Part shown: positions 47,703 through 58,153 of the stretch, piece by piece
Position numbering within the stretch: position 1 is the stretch's first letter
How the letters are laid out: the number at the start of each line of letters is the position of its first letter
NCBI GenBank assembly: GCA_963707025.1
Contig: CAVPOM010000018.1
Coordinates: 480,001 to 544,000 of the forward strand
DNA from: an uncultured Verrucomicrobiae bacterium
GTDB taxonomy: Bacteria > Verrucomicrobiota > Verrucomicrobiia > Limisphaerales > Palsa-1400
Direction: 5' to 3'
DNA: 64,000 bases
Notes under the pieces: generated by a model
Seen by the model: only the letters and a program-made list of their open reading frames with translations
The model's database searches: none
What the model was told of the DNA's origin: nothing
Made by a program: the position numbers and the translations under genes

Positions 47703-50598
47703 GGGCGGGATTCTCCTTTCTCGTGGTGATGGCCTTGAAATAGTTTTCCACCACATCGTTGTATTCCTCAATCACCGTTTCCGACGAAACGGCGGCGGAC
47801 TGGCGGTTGACCGGATGCAGCCCGTTCATCGCGCCGGCTTGCTCGATTTCAGCCTTGCCGTTGCCCGCCAAGGCGCCGGCGCCCTGCCCGAGTCGGCTGG
47901 ACTGGCGGGAAGCTTTGCTGCCGTCGCGCGGCCGGGATTCATTGCCGAGCACCTTCAAGGCCGGGCCCTCCGTCATCGCGTAACCGGACGCGCCCGCCGC
48001 GCCCTCTCCCTGGCCGCCGGCTCGCCCGCGGCCCGTCCCAAAACCGAATTTGCGGCTGCGCGACATTTGCGCGAAATTGCGGTTCGGATTCAGCCGCTGC
48101 AATTTCAAAAAACTGTCCAGCTCGCTGCTCGAAGGACAGTTGCCGCTCTGGCACTCGCTGAACATCTTTTCCATTTCGCCGCGCAGGCCGGCCAGCTCGG
48201 AAGATTGTTCTCCGCTGCCCGCCAGCATCTGGCCGGTCGCCTGTTGCGCCAGCGGTTCCAGGCGGCGCGCGCCGATTTGATCCGCCAGATCGCGCCCGCT
48301 TTGGGCCGCCTTCGGGAAAAGTTTTTCCGCGGCCCTGGCATCCTCGCGCAACCGGCTCTGCAACTGGCCGAGCGCGTCCGCCACCTCCTTTTCCGTCGCC
48401 GCCAGTTCCTTCAAGGCCAGTTGGTCTTCGCGGCTTAACTGCCCGGGCCGGTTGTAGGCGCCGGATTGCCCGGCCAAATCCTGTTGCGCCCGGTAAAGCG
48501 ATCCAAACAAGTTGAAATCATTGATCAACTCCTGCATCTGGTCCATCTGGTCCAGCGTCTGCACGGTTTCCTTTTCGTTTTCCTCATGCGCCCCGCTCAG
48601 GCGCGCGACCTGTTCGTCGGAAGCCTTTTTCAAGCCCTCCAGCATGTCCGGCGACAACCGGCGCGCGCCGCCCGGCGGCGAGCTGCGCTGGGCGATCTCG
48701 CGCACGGCCGCCTCATTGGTCCGCGTGCTCCCCCGGATGGCGTCCGCCTGCCGGCGCAGCGCTTCCTGCAAATCCTTTTCCACATCATACAGCGGGTCTT
48801 CGCGCACGAAATGATCCATGCGCCCGGCTTGCTGGTTGAGCTTCTGGTTCAACTCGTTTTGCTGCGCGGTGATCTTGTCCAGTTGCTGCGGGAGCTCCTC
48901 GCCTGGTTTGCCGCCGGTTTTGGCCAGTTGCTCGTTAAGCTGTTGGGTTTCTTCGCCCAGTTGTTTTTGCTGCTCGATCAGGGCCTGCAAATCGTCGTTC
49001 AGTTCGGCGTATTTGGCCTCGGCGTCGGCGATGTCGCTTTGTTCGCGCAGAAAATCATTGTAATCCTCCACGCTGATGACCTGCAGGCGGACCGTCTGGC
49101 TGCGGGCCAGATGCGGCTGCGGCGCGTTGTCCAGCGCCTCCGCAAAGAGCGAAATCACATCCCCGGCCTGCAGGCCAAGCTCGCTGAAATTGAAATCAAA
49201 CGTTTCCCGGCTGTCGCGCACGATGTTGGTGTACCCATAAATTCTGGGCGCGGAAAAAACGCCGTTCAGGCCGCGCTGTAGGCGGACTTCGCGCAGGCCG
49301 TAATCGTCGCTCGCTTCAATCTGCGCCTGCAGCTTGAAGTCCATCGCCACCAGCGCGTCCTGCTCCGGATTGGCCAGATGCACCTCCGGCGGCAAATCAT
49401 GCGTCACGGTCAGCGCCCCTTCCCAATCGCCCTGCGACGCCAGCCCCGCCGCGTCCGTCACCGAAAAACGCATCCGGCCCGATTCGCCCGCCAGGAACGC
49501 GCCGCTCACTTCCTTGTCCCCGGATTTTATCAGCGCGATGCGTTGCGGCGCCTGGGGGCCCGTGGTCAGTTCCAGCACCCCTTCGCGCAAAGGACGGTTG
49601 GATTGCAGGCGGAATCTGATCTCGCCGCCTTCCAGCGCCTGCATGCTTTTGAAGGCGTAAGGTTTCTCCTCCGGCTTGAGGCCGGTGTAGGCCGGCGGCG
49701 CGATCCGGACCAACATCCTTTCCAACTGCGGCGTCAACACCACCCCCACGCGCACCTGCCTGGATTCGCTGACGTGGTCCTTGGTGTGCGCGAAGACCAG
49801 CAGTTCGCGGTGGATGTTGTCGAGCAACTGATCGTAGCCCGCGCCGCTCTTGTCAAACATCGGCAGCGTCACCGCCTCCTCGCGATGCCCCGGCGGAAAG
49901 GCCGTGAGAAAAACCTCCTTCGGCTGGTGGCCGGCCGCCTTGACCTTCACGACCAGCCCCTTGTCGTAGGGCACGTTGGTTCCCGCCGGCCCCGGCTGCA
50001 CGATCTGCAAATGGGTGAACGAATAGGGCGGATGATCGCCATACGGATCGGCGAAACGCGCGATCTCCGTCGCCGAAACCCGGAAGACCAGCGCCAGCCC
50101 CGCGGTGAAGCCCAGCGCCGCCCAGGCGGCGCGCTTGAACTGGCGGCCCAATTCATCCGTGCGCGCCAGCGCCTCCACCGGCCGGCCGCGCAGCTCGGCG
50201 GCGTAATTTTCCACCGCCTGCCCCGCCAGTTGGCGCGTCAGCGGCCCGAGCGCGGCATCGTTGCTTTGCCCGCTGAGTTGCAGGAGGTTGATCAGGCGCG
50301 AGCCGAGCGCCGCGTCGCGCGTTTCCAGAAACCGCGCGGTGTGCTCGAGTGAATTCCGCCGCACAAAAGCCAGATGCCAGCCAAAACCCGCCAGCGCGCA
50401 AACCCCGGCGATCAGGCCCAGCAAAATGCCGAGCCGCCAGCCCGCCTGGAGATGAAAAATGACATCGAGGATGAAAGCCGCCAGCACGGCCGCACAAGCG
50501 TATTTCACGCTGCCGAGCAACAATTCCCCCCCCGCTTCCTTTTGATGCTCGCGGTCGGCTGCGGCCAGGCGCTCCAGGATGTTTGCCGTGTTCAGCAT
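47686..50598 (-). CDS. Large membrane-anchored coiled-coil protein (DUF4175-like)
   Basis: Start MLNTAN; TMs, PPAYTG, DLPPEV, ASDDYGL, Gln-rich coiled coil, YNDVVENYFK. Confidence 0.75.
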   Translation of the reverse strand: MLNTANILERLAAADREHQKEAGGELLLGSVKYACAAVLAAFILDVIFHLQAGWRLGILLGLIAGVCALAGFGWHLAFVRRNSLEHTARFLETRDAALGSRLINLLQLSGQSNDAALGPLTRQLAGQAVENYAAELRGRPVEALARTDELGRQFKRAAWAALGFTAGLALVFRVSATEIARFADPYGDHPPYSFTHLQIVQPGPAGTNVPYDKGLVVKVKAAGHQPKEVFLTAFPPGHREEAVTLPMFDKSGAGYDQLLDNIHRELLVFAHTKDHVSESRQVRVGVVLTPQLERMLVRIAPPAYTGLKPEEKPYAFKSMQALEGGEIRFRLQSNRPLREGVLELTTGPQAPQRIALIKSGDKEVSGAFLAGESGRMRFSVTDAAGLASQGDWEGALTVTHDLPPEVHLANPEQDALVAMDFKLQAQIEASDDYGLREVRLQRGLNGVFSAPRIYGYTNIVRDSRETFDFNFSELGLQAGDVISLFAEALDNAPQPHLARSQTVRLQVISVEDYNDFLREQSDIADAEAKYAELNDDLQALIEQQKQLGEETQQLNEQLAKTGGKPGEELPQQLDKITAQQNELNQKLNQQAGRMDHFVREDPLYDVEKDLQEALRRQADAIRGSTRTNEAAVREIAQRSSPPGGARRLSPDMLEGLKKASDEQVARLSGAHEENEKETVQTLDQMDQMQELINDFNLFGSLYRAQQDLAGQSGAYNRPGQLSREDQLALKELAATEKEVADALGQLQSRLREDARAAEKLFPKAAQSGRDLADQIGARRLEPLAQQATGQMLAGSGEQSSELAGLRGEMEKMFSECQSGNCPSSSELDSFLKLQRLNPNRNFAQMSRSRKFGFGTGRGRAGGQGEGAAGASGYAMTEGPALKVLGNESRPRDGSKASRQSSRLGQGAGALAGNGKAEIEQAGAMNGLHPVNRQSAAVSSETVIEEYNDVVENYFKAITTRKENPAHEKQN

Positions 50599-52820
50599 AA
50601 GCCCCACCGTCTTCGCAAAAACCAGTCCACTCCCAACAGTAACCCCGCCAGATAGAAAACCCAAGCCGCATTCCACATCGGGCGCACGATGGTCTTCGGC
50701 GTCTGCTCGCTTTTGGCGCTGCCCAATTCGGTCAGCAACCTGGCAAAGTCGCCCGCTGCGATCAGCCGCCCGCCGCTGCTTTCGCACAGCCGCCGCAGAT
50801 ACAAGGTGTCCGTCGCCACTTCGGTTTCCTCCAGATTTTCCGTGAACACGATGAAGCGCGATTCCTGCGTCGTGCCGTCCGGCAGCAGGACCGTGGCCCG
50901 ATAGCGCCCGGGGCGTTCCGGCAGAAATTCCGCCGCCAGCCGGCCCGTGCTGGCCGCCACGGGCGCCAGATTGACGCGCCCGGCTTCCGCCCCGCCCAGA
51001 TGAATCGTGACCGGCACCGACATCAATTTCGGATCGGGCTGGCGCAAGACCAGGTGGAAATAGACTTTTTCCCCAAGCAAAATGTTGGCGGAATTCGGGC
51101 GAAAGGAAAATTGCCGGCTCGGGCTGAAATCGCGTCCGGCCAGCAGCCACAAGACCATCTGGTCCCAAAATCGGTCGAACGGGGAATTGGCGCCTTCGAC
51201 TTTGGACGCCAGCGCCCAGCGCCACAAGCCGGCCACTCCCAGGCTCACCACCTGGCCGCGCCCGTAACGGCGGTGGATGACGGCCGCTTCCGCCGTCGCA
51301 TCCTCCCGTCCCGTCGCCACGGCGAAGGTCGAAGCCAGCGGCTTGGTTTCCCGCGGCGTTTTGCCCTCGAGCAAATCCGGCAGCGCCTCCAGTCCGCCCG
51401 CCCCGTCGTTCAAAACGCGAAACGGCGACAGCGCGCGGCCTTCGGCGGTCACGTCCAGATGCACCCGGTCCCGCGCCTTGTCGCCCCACAAGACCGGTTC
51501 CAGTTCGCTGGCGGCGGCATTGGTGAAGGCGCGCCCGCGGCTGAAAATTACCGTGCCGCCGCGTTCCTTGACGTATTGATCCAGCAAGGCAAGCTGGCCG
51601 GATGGCCCCGGCCCATTGCTGGGCGCCAAATCCAGCAGCGAATCCACCGCGCGGCCCAGAATAATGACATCGTAAGCGGCAAACTGATCCAGCGTTTGCG
51701 GCGCGCGCAGTTCGCCGCCGCCCGGCGTTTTGCGCAGGGCGCGAACCCGTTTGGCCCCGTAACGAATGAGCGCGTCCACGTCGAACTTGTCGTTCCGCAT
51801 GAGCGAGCGTTGCAGGAAGGTCGTGTCCCAATACGGGTCGCCCTCCAGCAGCAAGACCCGGATTTGCTGGTCAATCACATTCAGGCAGGTGATCGCGCTG
51901 TTGTTCGCCGTGTCCGCTTCGTCCTCCAGCGGCGGCACGCGCACTTCGTATTCATACTGGCCGGTTGCCGGTTCGGTCACCTCAAATTCCACCGGCAACT
52001 CCTGAAGCTGCTGCGCGTTGAGGGCTTTGGCCTGCACGACTTGCCCTTCCCGCAGCAACTGCACCGTCAGGTCTTCCAGCTCGCATCCCACCAGCCGGAG
52101 CGTCGCGTTGATGCGCGCCTTTTGTTTCACGTAGGAATACGGCTCAAATCCCGTGATGCGAACCGCCACGTCGCGCACCTTGCCTTGCTTGCCCAGGGCC
52201 ACGGCGTAAATGGGCGCCCGGCGGTTGCGCGCCAGCGTGCCCGTCTTCACCGGGTTGACCAGCTCAAAATCATGGCCGTCCGTCAGCAAAATCACCGCGT
52301 TGACCGCCTCATCCTTGGCGGGCGCGCTCAAGAGCGTGCCGACCGATTTGTGGAAGCGGGTCGTCTGGCCCGCAGGCGCCAGGTCCAGCACCGACCGCGC
52401 CACCGGCCGCGCGTCGTCGCTGAATTCAAACAAGCGCAGGCCCGGCTGGGCCGCCGCGCCGTTTTGCGCCACCGCGCCCGATTCCAGCAAAAAATTCTTG
52501 GCCGCGTCGAATCGGGTTTTGTCGCCCGCATCGCGCTGTTTCATGCTCAGGGAACTGTCCAGCGCGATCAACGTCACGCGCTCCCCCGCCGTCGGCGGCA
52601 GAGATTCGCGCCGCGACGGCTGGAGCAGCAAGGCCAGCACCAGGGCCAGGCCCGCCAGGCGAAAAGCCAGCAGCGCCAGATTGCGCCAGCGCCCGACCGG
52701 CGAGCCGACGCTCCAATAAATGCGCACGGTCAATATCAACAGGAGCGCGCCGAGCAAGGCAATCACCGCCGCCGGCACAATCGGATCCAGGATGATTTCG
52801 CTGGCGGGCGGACTGTTCAC
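50592..52820 (-). CDS. VWA domain plus GATase-like membrane protein
   Basis: DSSLSM and LLTDG MIDAS, RVLLLEG, LWRW, DWFLRRRWGL. Confidence 0.82.
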   Translation of the reverse strand: MNSPPASEIILDPIVPAAVIALLGALLLILTVRIYWSVGSPVGRWRNLALLAFRLAGLALVLALLLQPSRRESLPPTAGERVTLIALDSSLSMKQRDAGDKTRFDAAKNFLLESGAVAQNGAAAQPGLRLFEFSDDARPVARSVLDLAPAGQTTRFHKSVGTLLSAPAKDEAVNAVILLTDGHDFELVNPVKTGTLARNRRAPIYAVALGKQGKVRDVAVRITGFEPYSYVKQKARINATLRLVGCELEDLTVQLLREGQVVQAKALNAQQLQELPVEFEVTEPATGQYEYEVRVPPLEDEADTANNSAITCLNVIDQQIRVLLLEGDPYWDTTFLQRSLMRNDKFDVDALIRYGAKRVRALRKTPGGGELRAPQTLDQFAAYDVIILGRAVDSLLDLAPSNGPGPSGQLALLDQYVKERGGTVIFSRGRAFTNAAASELEPVLWGDKARDRVHLDVTAEGRALSPFRVLNDGAGGLEALPDLLEGKTPRETKPLASTFAVATGREDATAEAAVIHRRYGRGQVVSLGVAGLWRWALASKVEGANSPFDRFWDQMVLWLLAGRDFSPSRQFSFRPNSANILLGEKVYFHLVLRQPDPKLMSVPVTIHLGGAEAGRVNLAPVAASTGRLAAEFLPERPGRYRATVLLPDGTTQESRFIVFTENLEETEVATDTLYLRRLCESSGGRLIAAGDFARLLTELGSAKSEQTPKTIVRPMWNAAWVFYLAGLLLGVDWFLRRRWGLC

Positions 52821-54895
52821 GCCGGTTTCCTCCGCAGGAAAAATTGGAAGCCGCTTTCCAGCAGCAGAACCCCCAGCGCGCCGAGAATGAACCAGTGAAA
52901 AACCGGCCGGCCCCGCGCCAGTTCCTCGTAATCGTCGCCCCCGGCGACGAGATGGGCCTCGTGCTGGTCGGCGAATTCCGCGGGCAAAACATTCTTGTCA
53001 ATTTGCCGCAAGTCGGATTGATCGGTCGCCGCGTTGATGGCGAAGGCATAGGCCGGCCGCGGCGAACCCAGCGTGTAGAAGCCAAGCTGGTCGGGCGTGA
53101 AGGTCAGACTGCAACGCTCGCCGTTGAGTTCCCGCCGGGTGGTCACCGCCGCCCCGGCGGGACTGACCAGATCGTGGCGCATTTCGCTGCGCCAGACCTC
53201 CGTCTGCAACGTTTCCCCGATGGTATGGGAGGAGGGCGGCGGCTCGGTGGTGGCCAGCGCTTTCATCAATTCCTGCATCCACGCCGGAAAAATCCGCTGG
53301 CGCGCCAGGTTGCTCGCAAATTCCCCCGCCGAAAAATTCAGGAGCAACAACGTGCCCAGGCCGTGGTGCAGCGCCGCCATGGCCGGCGAGCCGTCGCCGT
53401 ACTCCAGCAGCACCCCGCCCGCGCCGCTCGCGCCCGCCTGGTAATAATCGTAAAACTCCAGCAGCGCCAGGTCCTGGCGCGTGGCGCCTTGAAACAGTTT
53501 CAGGTAGGGCGATTTGAAATCGCCCCGCGCGATTTGCTGCGCCCCCGCCGTCACGTTGGTCGCCAGGTGGCGGCGCGACAACCGCAGCGGCAGCGAGTTC
53601 GGCCCGGTGATCTTCTCCAGCGCGGCCAGATTCTCCGCATCCGCGGCGCCGTCGAGAAAATAGACCAGCCCGCCGCCGCGAAACAAAAATTTCCCCGCCG
53701 CCTCGCAGGCCTCCGGCCCGAGGCGCTGCACCTGCGTGAAAAAGGCCTTTTGCACCCCGGCCAGGCGAGCCGGGGTCAGTTCGGCGGAAGTGATGATGCG
53801 CGGCAGGAGCGAGCCGCCGTCGTTGGCGAAGGGGTTGAGCGCCGTCTTGAGAAAATACGCGCTGTTGCGCCGGTCCTCCGCGGCGTCGGTGACGATGAGC
53901 ACCTCTTCCTTCTCCAGCACGGGCAGTGTCAAATAGAAATGGTTGTCGTATTCCAGCGCGTCCGGCGGCAGGCGCACCTCGCAAAGATGCGTGCCCGGCT
54001 CCCCCACGGAAACCGGCACGGTCACTTTTTCCTCCGACCAGGGCGCCACGGATATTTCCTGGTCAAAACTGAATTTCCGGTCGAGCGTGACCGTGACCCG
54101 TCCGGCCAGCGCGTCGCGGCTGTAATTGCCGATGGCGATTTCCAGCGGCACGGTGTCGCCGGCCAGGATCTGCGTTTGGGAAGGCCGGGCGTCCACAATC
54201 GCGTGGTTGTCCAACCGGGCCGGGCCGACATCCACAAAAAACAATTTCGCCGCCGGCGGCAGCATCTGGAAATTCGCGCTGGCCCACTTTTTCCGCGCAA
54301 AATCCGAGATGTAATAAATTTCCGGCCGGGGCGCGCCCGGGCCGATCAGCCGCGCCGCCGCCGTGTTGGCCAGGTTGACGTCCGCCCGGCCCAAGCCGGG
54401 CTTGAGCTGGTTGAGAAACCGTTTCGCTTCGCCGATGTCCTTGGAAAAAGACGCGAAGCACGACCCCATCTCCGGTTCCATCAGCAGGATGTTCACCGTG
54501 TCCTGCGCGCCGAGCGAATCCATCAGTTTGCCCGCCTCATGCACGGCCCGCTCGCGCGAAGCCGGACCGTCCCCTTTGTGTTCCATGCTGACGGAGTGAT
54601 CCAGCACCATCAAAATCTGGCGTCCGCCTTGCGCCGCCGGGTTTGACCCGAAGCGGTTCAAGACCGGCTGCAGAAAGGCCAGCAAGAGCAGCAACAAAAA
54701 CGCCGTGCGCAGCAGCAACAAAATCCAATGCCGCCAGCGGTGCAATTGCGAGCGCCGCGCCATCGTCGCCCGGATCAGCTCCAGGGACGGAAATTTGAAA
54801 TGACGGGGAAAACCCTTGTTCAGCAGATGCAACACCAGCGGCAGCACGGCCAAGGGGATCAAGACCGCAAACAGGGTTGGACTCAAAAAGGACAT
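52817..54895 (-). CDS. BatA-domain/VWA protein
   Basis: PLVLHLL..FPSL..LLLLRT, DHSVSM, YISDF. Confidence 0.85.
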   Translation of the reverse strand: MSFLSPTLFAVLIPLAVLPLVLHLLNKGFPRHFKFPSLELIRATMARRSQLHRWRHWILLLLRTAFLLLLLLAFLQPVLNRFGSNPAAQGGRQILMVLDHSVSMEHKGDGPASRERAVHEAGKLMDSLGAQDTVNILLMEPEMGSCFASFSKDIGEAKRFLNQLKPGLGRADVNLANTAAARLIGPGAPRPEIYYISDFARKKWASANFQMLPPAAKLFFVDVGPARLDNHAIVDARPSQTQILAGDTVPLEIAIGNYSRDALAGRVTVTLDRKFSFDQEISVAPWSEEKVTVPVSVGEPGTHLCEVRLPPDALEYDNHFYLTLPVLEKEEVLIVTDAAEDRRNSAYFLKTALNPFANDGGSLLPRIITSAELTPARLAGVQKAFFTQVQRLGPEACEAAGKFLFRGGGLVYFLDGAADAENLAALEKITGPNSLPLRLSRRHLATNVTAGAQQIARGDFKSPYLKLFQGATRQDLALLEFYDYYQAGASGAGGVLLEYGDGSPAMAALHHGLGTLLLLNFSAGEFASNLARQRIFPAWMQELMKALATTEPPPSSHTIGETLQTEVWRSEMRHDLVSPAGAAVTTRRELNGERCSLTFTPDQLGFYTLGSPRPAYAFAINAATDQSDLRQIDKNVLPAEFADQHEAHLVAGGDDYEELARGRPVFHWFILGALGVLLLESGFQFFLRRKPA

Positions 54896-54898
54896 GGG

Positions 54899-55954
54899 TC
54901 AGCGGGCGAAAAAATTGTTGCCGCCGCGAAAGCCCAGATAGGCCTCGATGGCATCCAAATACGGCCGGTTGGTCGCCACCAGCGCGTGGCTGATGCGGCG
55001 CTGGTTGGCTTCCCGCGCCAGCGCCTCCGCCCGCCGCCGCGCCGTCTCGCCATAGGCCTCCCGGATTTCCTCCACCTCCACTTCCACCTCCTCGTGCGTT
55101 TCCAGATCGTGAAATCGCGCGGCCTGGACCGCGGGCAAATCCAGTTCGTCCGGATGCACGACGTGAAGGAGGAGAATCTCAAATTTCCGGTGCAGGAAAC
55201 GGCTCAAGGCCTCGAAGGTCTTTTCCGTGTCATCCCAAAAATCGGACAGCACCACCAGCCGCCCGCGCTTTTTGAAGAGCAAATTGCACTCGGCCAGCGC
55301 GGCCGCCGTGCCGGTGCGCAAGGCCGGCTGGACCGATTCCAGTTCGCTCACCAGGCTGTGCAAATGGCGGCGCGTGCCGCCCGGCGGGAGAAAATATTTC
55401 AATTTTGCCGCGAACAAAACCAGCGCGGCCTTGTCCCCCTGATGGATCATCAGATAGGCCAGCGCCGCCGCGACTTTGGCGGCGATGATATATTTGGAGT
55501 CGCGGCCCTGGCCCGCGTAGCTCATCGAACCGCTCACGTCCACCAGCAGATAAATGACCATGTCCGTTTCCGCCTCGTACTGCCGCACGAACAATCGCCG
55601 CGACCGCCCGTAGGCCCGCCAGTCAATCCGCTTGGGATCATCCCCGGCCACGTATTGCTTGTAATCGGTGAACTCCACCGAGGAGCCGCGATGGGGCGAT
55701 TTGTGTTTGCCGGCGAAATAACCTTCCACCGTCGAGCGCGCGAACACCAGCAGGTTGCCAAACCGTTCCAATTCCTCCGGCGAGAGCAGGGTGGGCCGCG
55801 CCGCCGCTCTGAGGAAGCGCGGCCGCGGACCAGGCCCACGCTGCGACGGGGGCAGGGGCGGCGGGACTGGAATCACCGGCGGCACCCGCCCGATCACCGG
55901 CGGCGGACGCCTTGCTTCGCCCGCCCCGGGGCCGCCTTGGACTGGATCGCTCAT
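54899..55954 (-). CDS. DUF58 domain protein
   Basis: GKHKSPHRGSSVEF..YVAGDDPKRIDW, DVSGSM, VLSDF. Confidence 0.92.
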   Translation of the reverse strand: MSDPVQGGPGAGEARRPPPVIGRVPPVIPVPPPLPPSQRGPGPRPRFLRAAARPTLLSPEELERFGNLLVFARSTVEGYFAGKHKSPHRGSSVEFTDYKQYVAGDDPKRIDWRAYGRSRRLFVRQYEAETDMVIYLLVDVSGSMSYAGQGRDSKYIIAAKVAAALAYLMIHQGDKAALVLFAAKLKYFLPPGGTRRHLHSLVSELESVQPALRTGTAAALAECNLLFKKRGRLVVLSDFWDDTEKTFEALSRFLHRKFEILLLHVVHPDELDLPAVQAARFHDLETHEEVEVEVEEIREAYGETARRRAEALAREANQRRISHALVATNRPYLDAIEAYLGFRGGNNFFAR

Positions 55955-55984
55955 GGGCTTGGATCGGAATTCTCGCGGCGCGGG

Positions 55985-56968
55985 TCAGTAAGCTTTTTCC
56001 CGCACCTCGGCCAAAATGCCCTGCACCACGTCGCGCGATTTCTTGCCGGCGCCGGTGGCGCGGTAGTTGGTGATGACGCGATGCTGCAGTACGGGCATGG
56101 CCACTTCGCGCACGTCGGCAGTTTCCGGCGTGATCTTGCCGTGCAACAAGGCCAGGGCCTTCGCGCCCAGGATCAGATACTGCGAGGCGCGCGGGCCGGC
56201 GCCCCACTCCACATAATCGCGCGCCACCGCCGGCGAATCCGCGTTGCCGGGCCGGGTGGCCGCCGCCAGCGAGACTGCATAATCCACGACGTGATCCGAA
56301 ACCGGCGCGGCCAGCACCAGGCGTTGCACCTGCAGCAAATCTTCCGCGCTGACCGTGGGCGTCAGCGCCGGCATCTCCCGCAGCGTCGTGCGCTTGACAA
56401 TTTCCATTTCCTCGCTCTTCGCCGGATAATTGAGGTAGAGCGAAAACATGAAGCGGTCGAGCTGCGCCTCGGGCAGGGGATAGGTGCCTTCCTGCTCGAT
56501 GGGATTTTGCGTCGCCACCACCAGGAACGGATCGGGCAGGGCGCGCGACTGGCCGCCGATGGTCACCTTGCGTTCCTGCATCGCTTCCAGCAGCGCCGCC
56601 TGCGTCTTGGGCGGGGTGCGGTTAATCTCGTCGGCCAGAACCAGGTTGGCGAAAATCGGGCCGGGCTGATACTCATGTTCCAGCCGCCGTTCCCGTTCCT
56701 GCAAAATCTCCGAGCCGATGATGTCGCCCGGCATCAAGTCGGGCGTGAACTGGATGCGTTTGAAGCTCAGCCGCAGAATTTCCGAAAGGGTCCGCACGAT
56801 CAGCGTCTTGGCCAGGCCCGGCACCCCGATGAGCAGGCAATGCCCGCGCGCGAACAGGCAGGCCAGCAGCAGCCGCACGATCTGTTCCTGGCCCACGATG
56901 ACCTTGTTCAGTTCCTGGGTGATGCGGCCATGCAGCGCGCTGACTTCCTTGGGTGAAATTTCATTCAT
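55985..56968 (-). CDS. moxR: MoxR family AAA+ ATPase
   Basis: GVPGLAKT, RIQFTPDLMP, LADEINRTPPKTQAALLEAMQE, ATQNPIEQEGTYPLPEAQLDRF. Confidence 0.95.
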   Translation of the reverse strand: MNEISPKEVSALHGRITQELNKVIVGQEQIVRLLLACLFARGHCLLIGVPGLAKTLIVRTLSEILRLSFKRIQFTPDLMPGDIIGSEILQERERRLEHEYQPGPIFANLVLADEINRTPPKTQAALLEAMQERKVTIGGQSRALPDPFLVVATQNPIEQEGTYPLPEAQLDRFMFSLYLNYPAKSEEMEIVKRTTLREMPALTPTVSAEDLLQVQRLVLAAPVSDHVVDYAVSLAAATRPGNADSPAVARDYVEWGAGPRASQYLILGAKALALLHGKITPETADVREVAMPVLQHRVITNYRATGAGKKSRDVVQGILAEVREKAY

Positions 56969-57107
56969 TCTTTGCTCCCGCATTCTTATCCATGACAACG
57001 GTTCCAGTGAATCGAACACCTTGGCCCGATCCTGTCCACCAGTTAAACACCACCACCCTCCGCCGTTCAATGAGAAACGGAGCAGGACGGCAATGCGTCC
57101 GCCTGGG

Positions 57108-57221
57108 GGTAGGGCGGGTCCCGAAATATCGGGACCCGCCGCACGATGTTAATGCGACGCTGCCTCCTGTGCCGAGGCCCGACGCCGGGCAGTCCCGGCT
57201 GGCCGGGACCCTGCCTTTGCC
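57108..57221. repeat. GTAG-type REP-like pair
   Basis: GGTAGGGCGGGTCCCGA-AATA-TCGGGACCCGCC and a degenerate inverted partner GTCCCGGC-TG-GCCGGGAC. Confidence 0.65.
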
Positions 57222-57374
57222 GGCCCATCCATGACGGACGCAGTAAGCAGGACGACCAGAAACCGCCATGCGGTGAGAAGGGCAGGCGCGAAGGGCAACG
57301 TTCTTGTGATCATTCAAGCGTCCTCTGACCACCTTCGTCTTGCGCAACTGCCTCAATTGTCTTACCGTATGCCC

Positions 57375-57635
57375 ATGAAAAGTTTAACCGTTCGCCTGCC
57401 CGATTCGGTGCTCAGGGAAATCGAACACGAGTCGCAGGCCCGCCGGGTGTCAAAGTCCGACGTAGTGCGCGAGCGCTTGAGCCGGCCACAGCGCCCGGCC
57501 GGCCGGCGCGGCACGATGCGGGAACTATTGGACGGCCTGATAGGCTCAGTGGAAGGCCTGCCAACCGACCTTGCCAGCAACAAAAAAAAATATCTTCCCA
57601 TGATAATCCGTGCCAAAAAACTACATCGCCGATAG
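57375..57635 (+). CDS. CopG/RHH antitoxin
   Basis: MKSLTVRLPD..SKSDVVRE; TTGCGC-N17-TACCGT promoter ends 6 nt before the ATG. Confidence 0.85.
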   Translation: MKSLTVRLPDSVLREIEHESQARRVSKSDVVRERLSRPQRPAGRRGTMRELLDGLIGSVEGLPTDLASNKKKYLPMIIRAKKLHRR

Positions 57636-58017
57636 TTCCGCCCTGGTGGCCTTGCTCAGCCGCAGCGATCTGCATCATGACTGGATCGCCGCGCAAACCG
57701 ACACGTTGCCCTGGCCCTGGCTCACCTGCGAGGCGGCTTTGACCGAGGCATTCCACCTGCTCGGCGAAAAGGGCGCGCCAAGGCTCAACGATTTGTTGCG
57801 GAGCGGAGCGGTCGTGCTCTCGTTTGCTTTGGGCGATCAACTGGCGCCGGTTCTTGACTTGATGGACAAATACGCCGACGTCCCCATGAGCCTGGCCGAT
57901 GCCTGCCTGGTGCGCATGAGTGAAACCCTGCCCGACCCCGTCGTCCTGACCACCGATGCCGATTTCAAAATCTACCGCCGCCACAGCCGCCAAGTCGTGC
58001 CCTGCCTGTTGCCCTGA
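57610..58017 (+). CDS. PIN-domain (VapC-like) toxin
   Basis: IADSSALVA, EAALTEA, MSLADACL, LTTDADF. Confidence 0.9.
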   Translation: MPKNYIADSSALVALLSRSDLHHDWIAAQTDTLPWPWLTCEAALTEAFHLLGEKGAPRLNDLLRSGAVVLSFALGDQLAPVLDLMDKYADVPMSLADACLVRMSETLPDPVVLTTDADFKIYRRHSRQVVPCLLP

Positions 58018-58153
58018 TGAACCTGTTGACAGGGACAGCCAGTTGATTTTGATTTCGTTCGCCAGCGCCTTGGAATCCGGGTCGCCCGTGACCAGTTCGC
58101 TTTTCCGTTCCTTCTCGCGTTCCTTCCTTGAACAATTTCCAGCCTCGGAAAGC

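Noticed and set aside
50599..51831. N-terminal extension of the 1381-aa ORF
   Set aside because: Overlaps the VWA gene in another frame; the real start is probably 50598.
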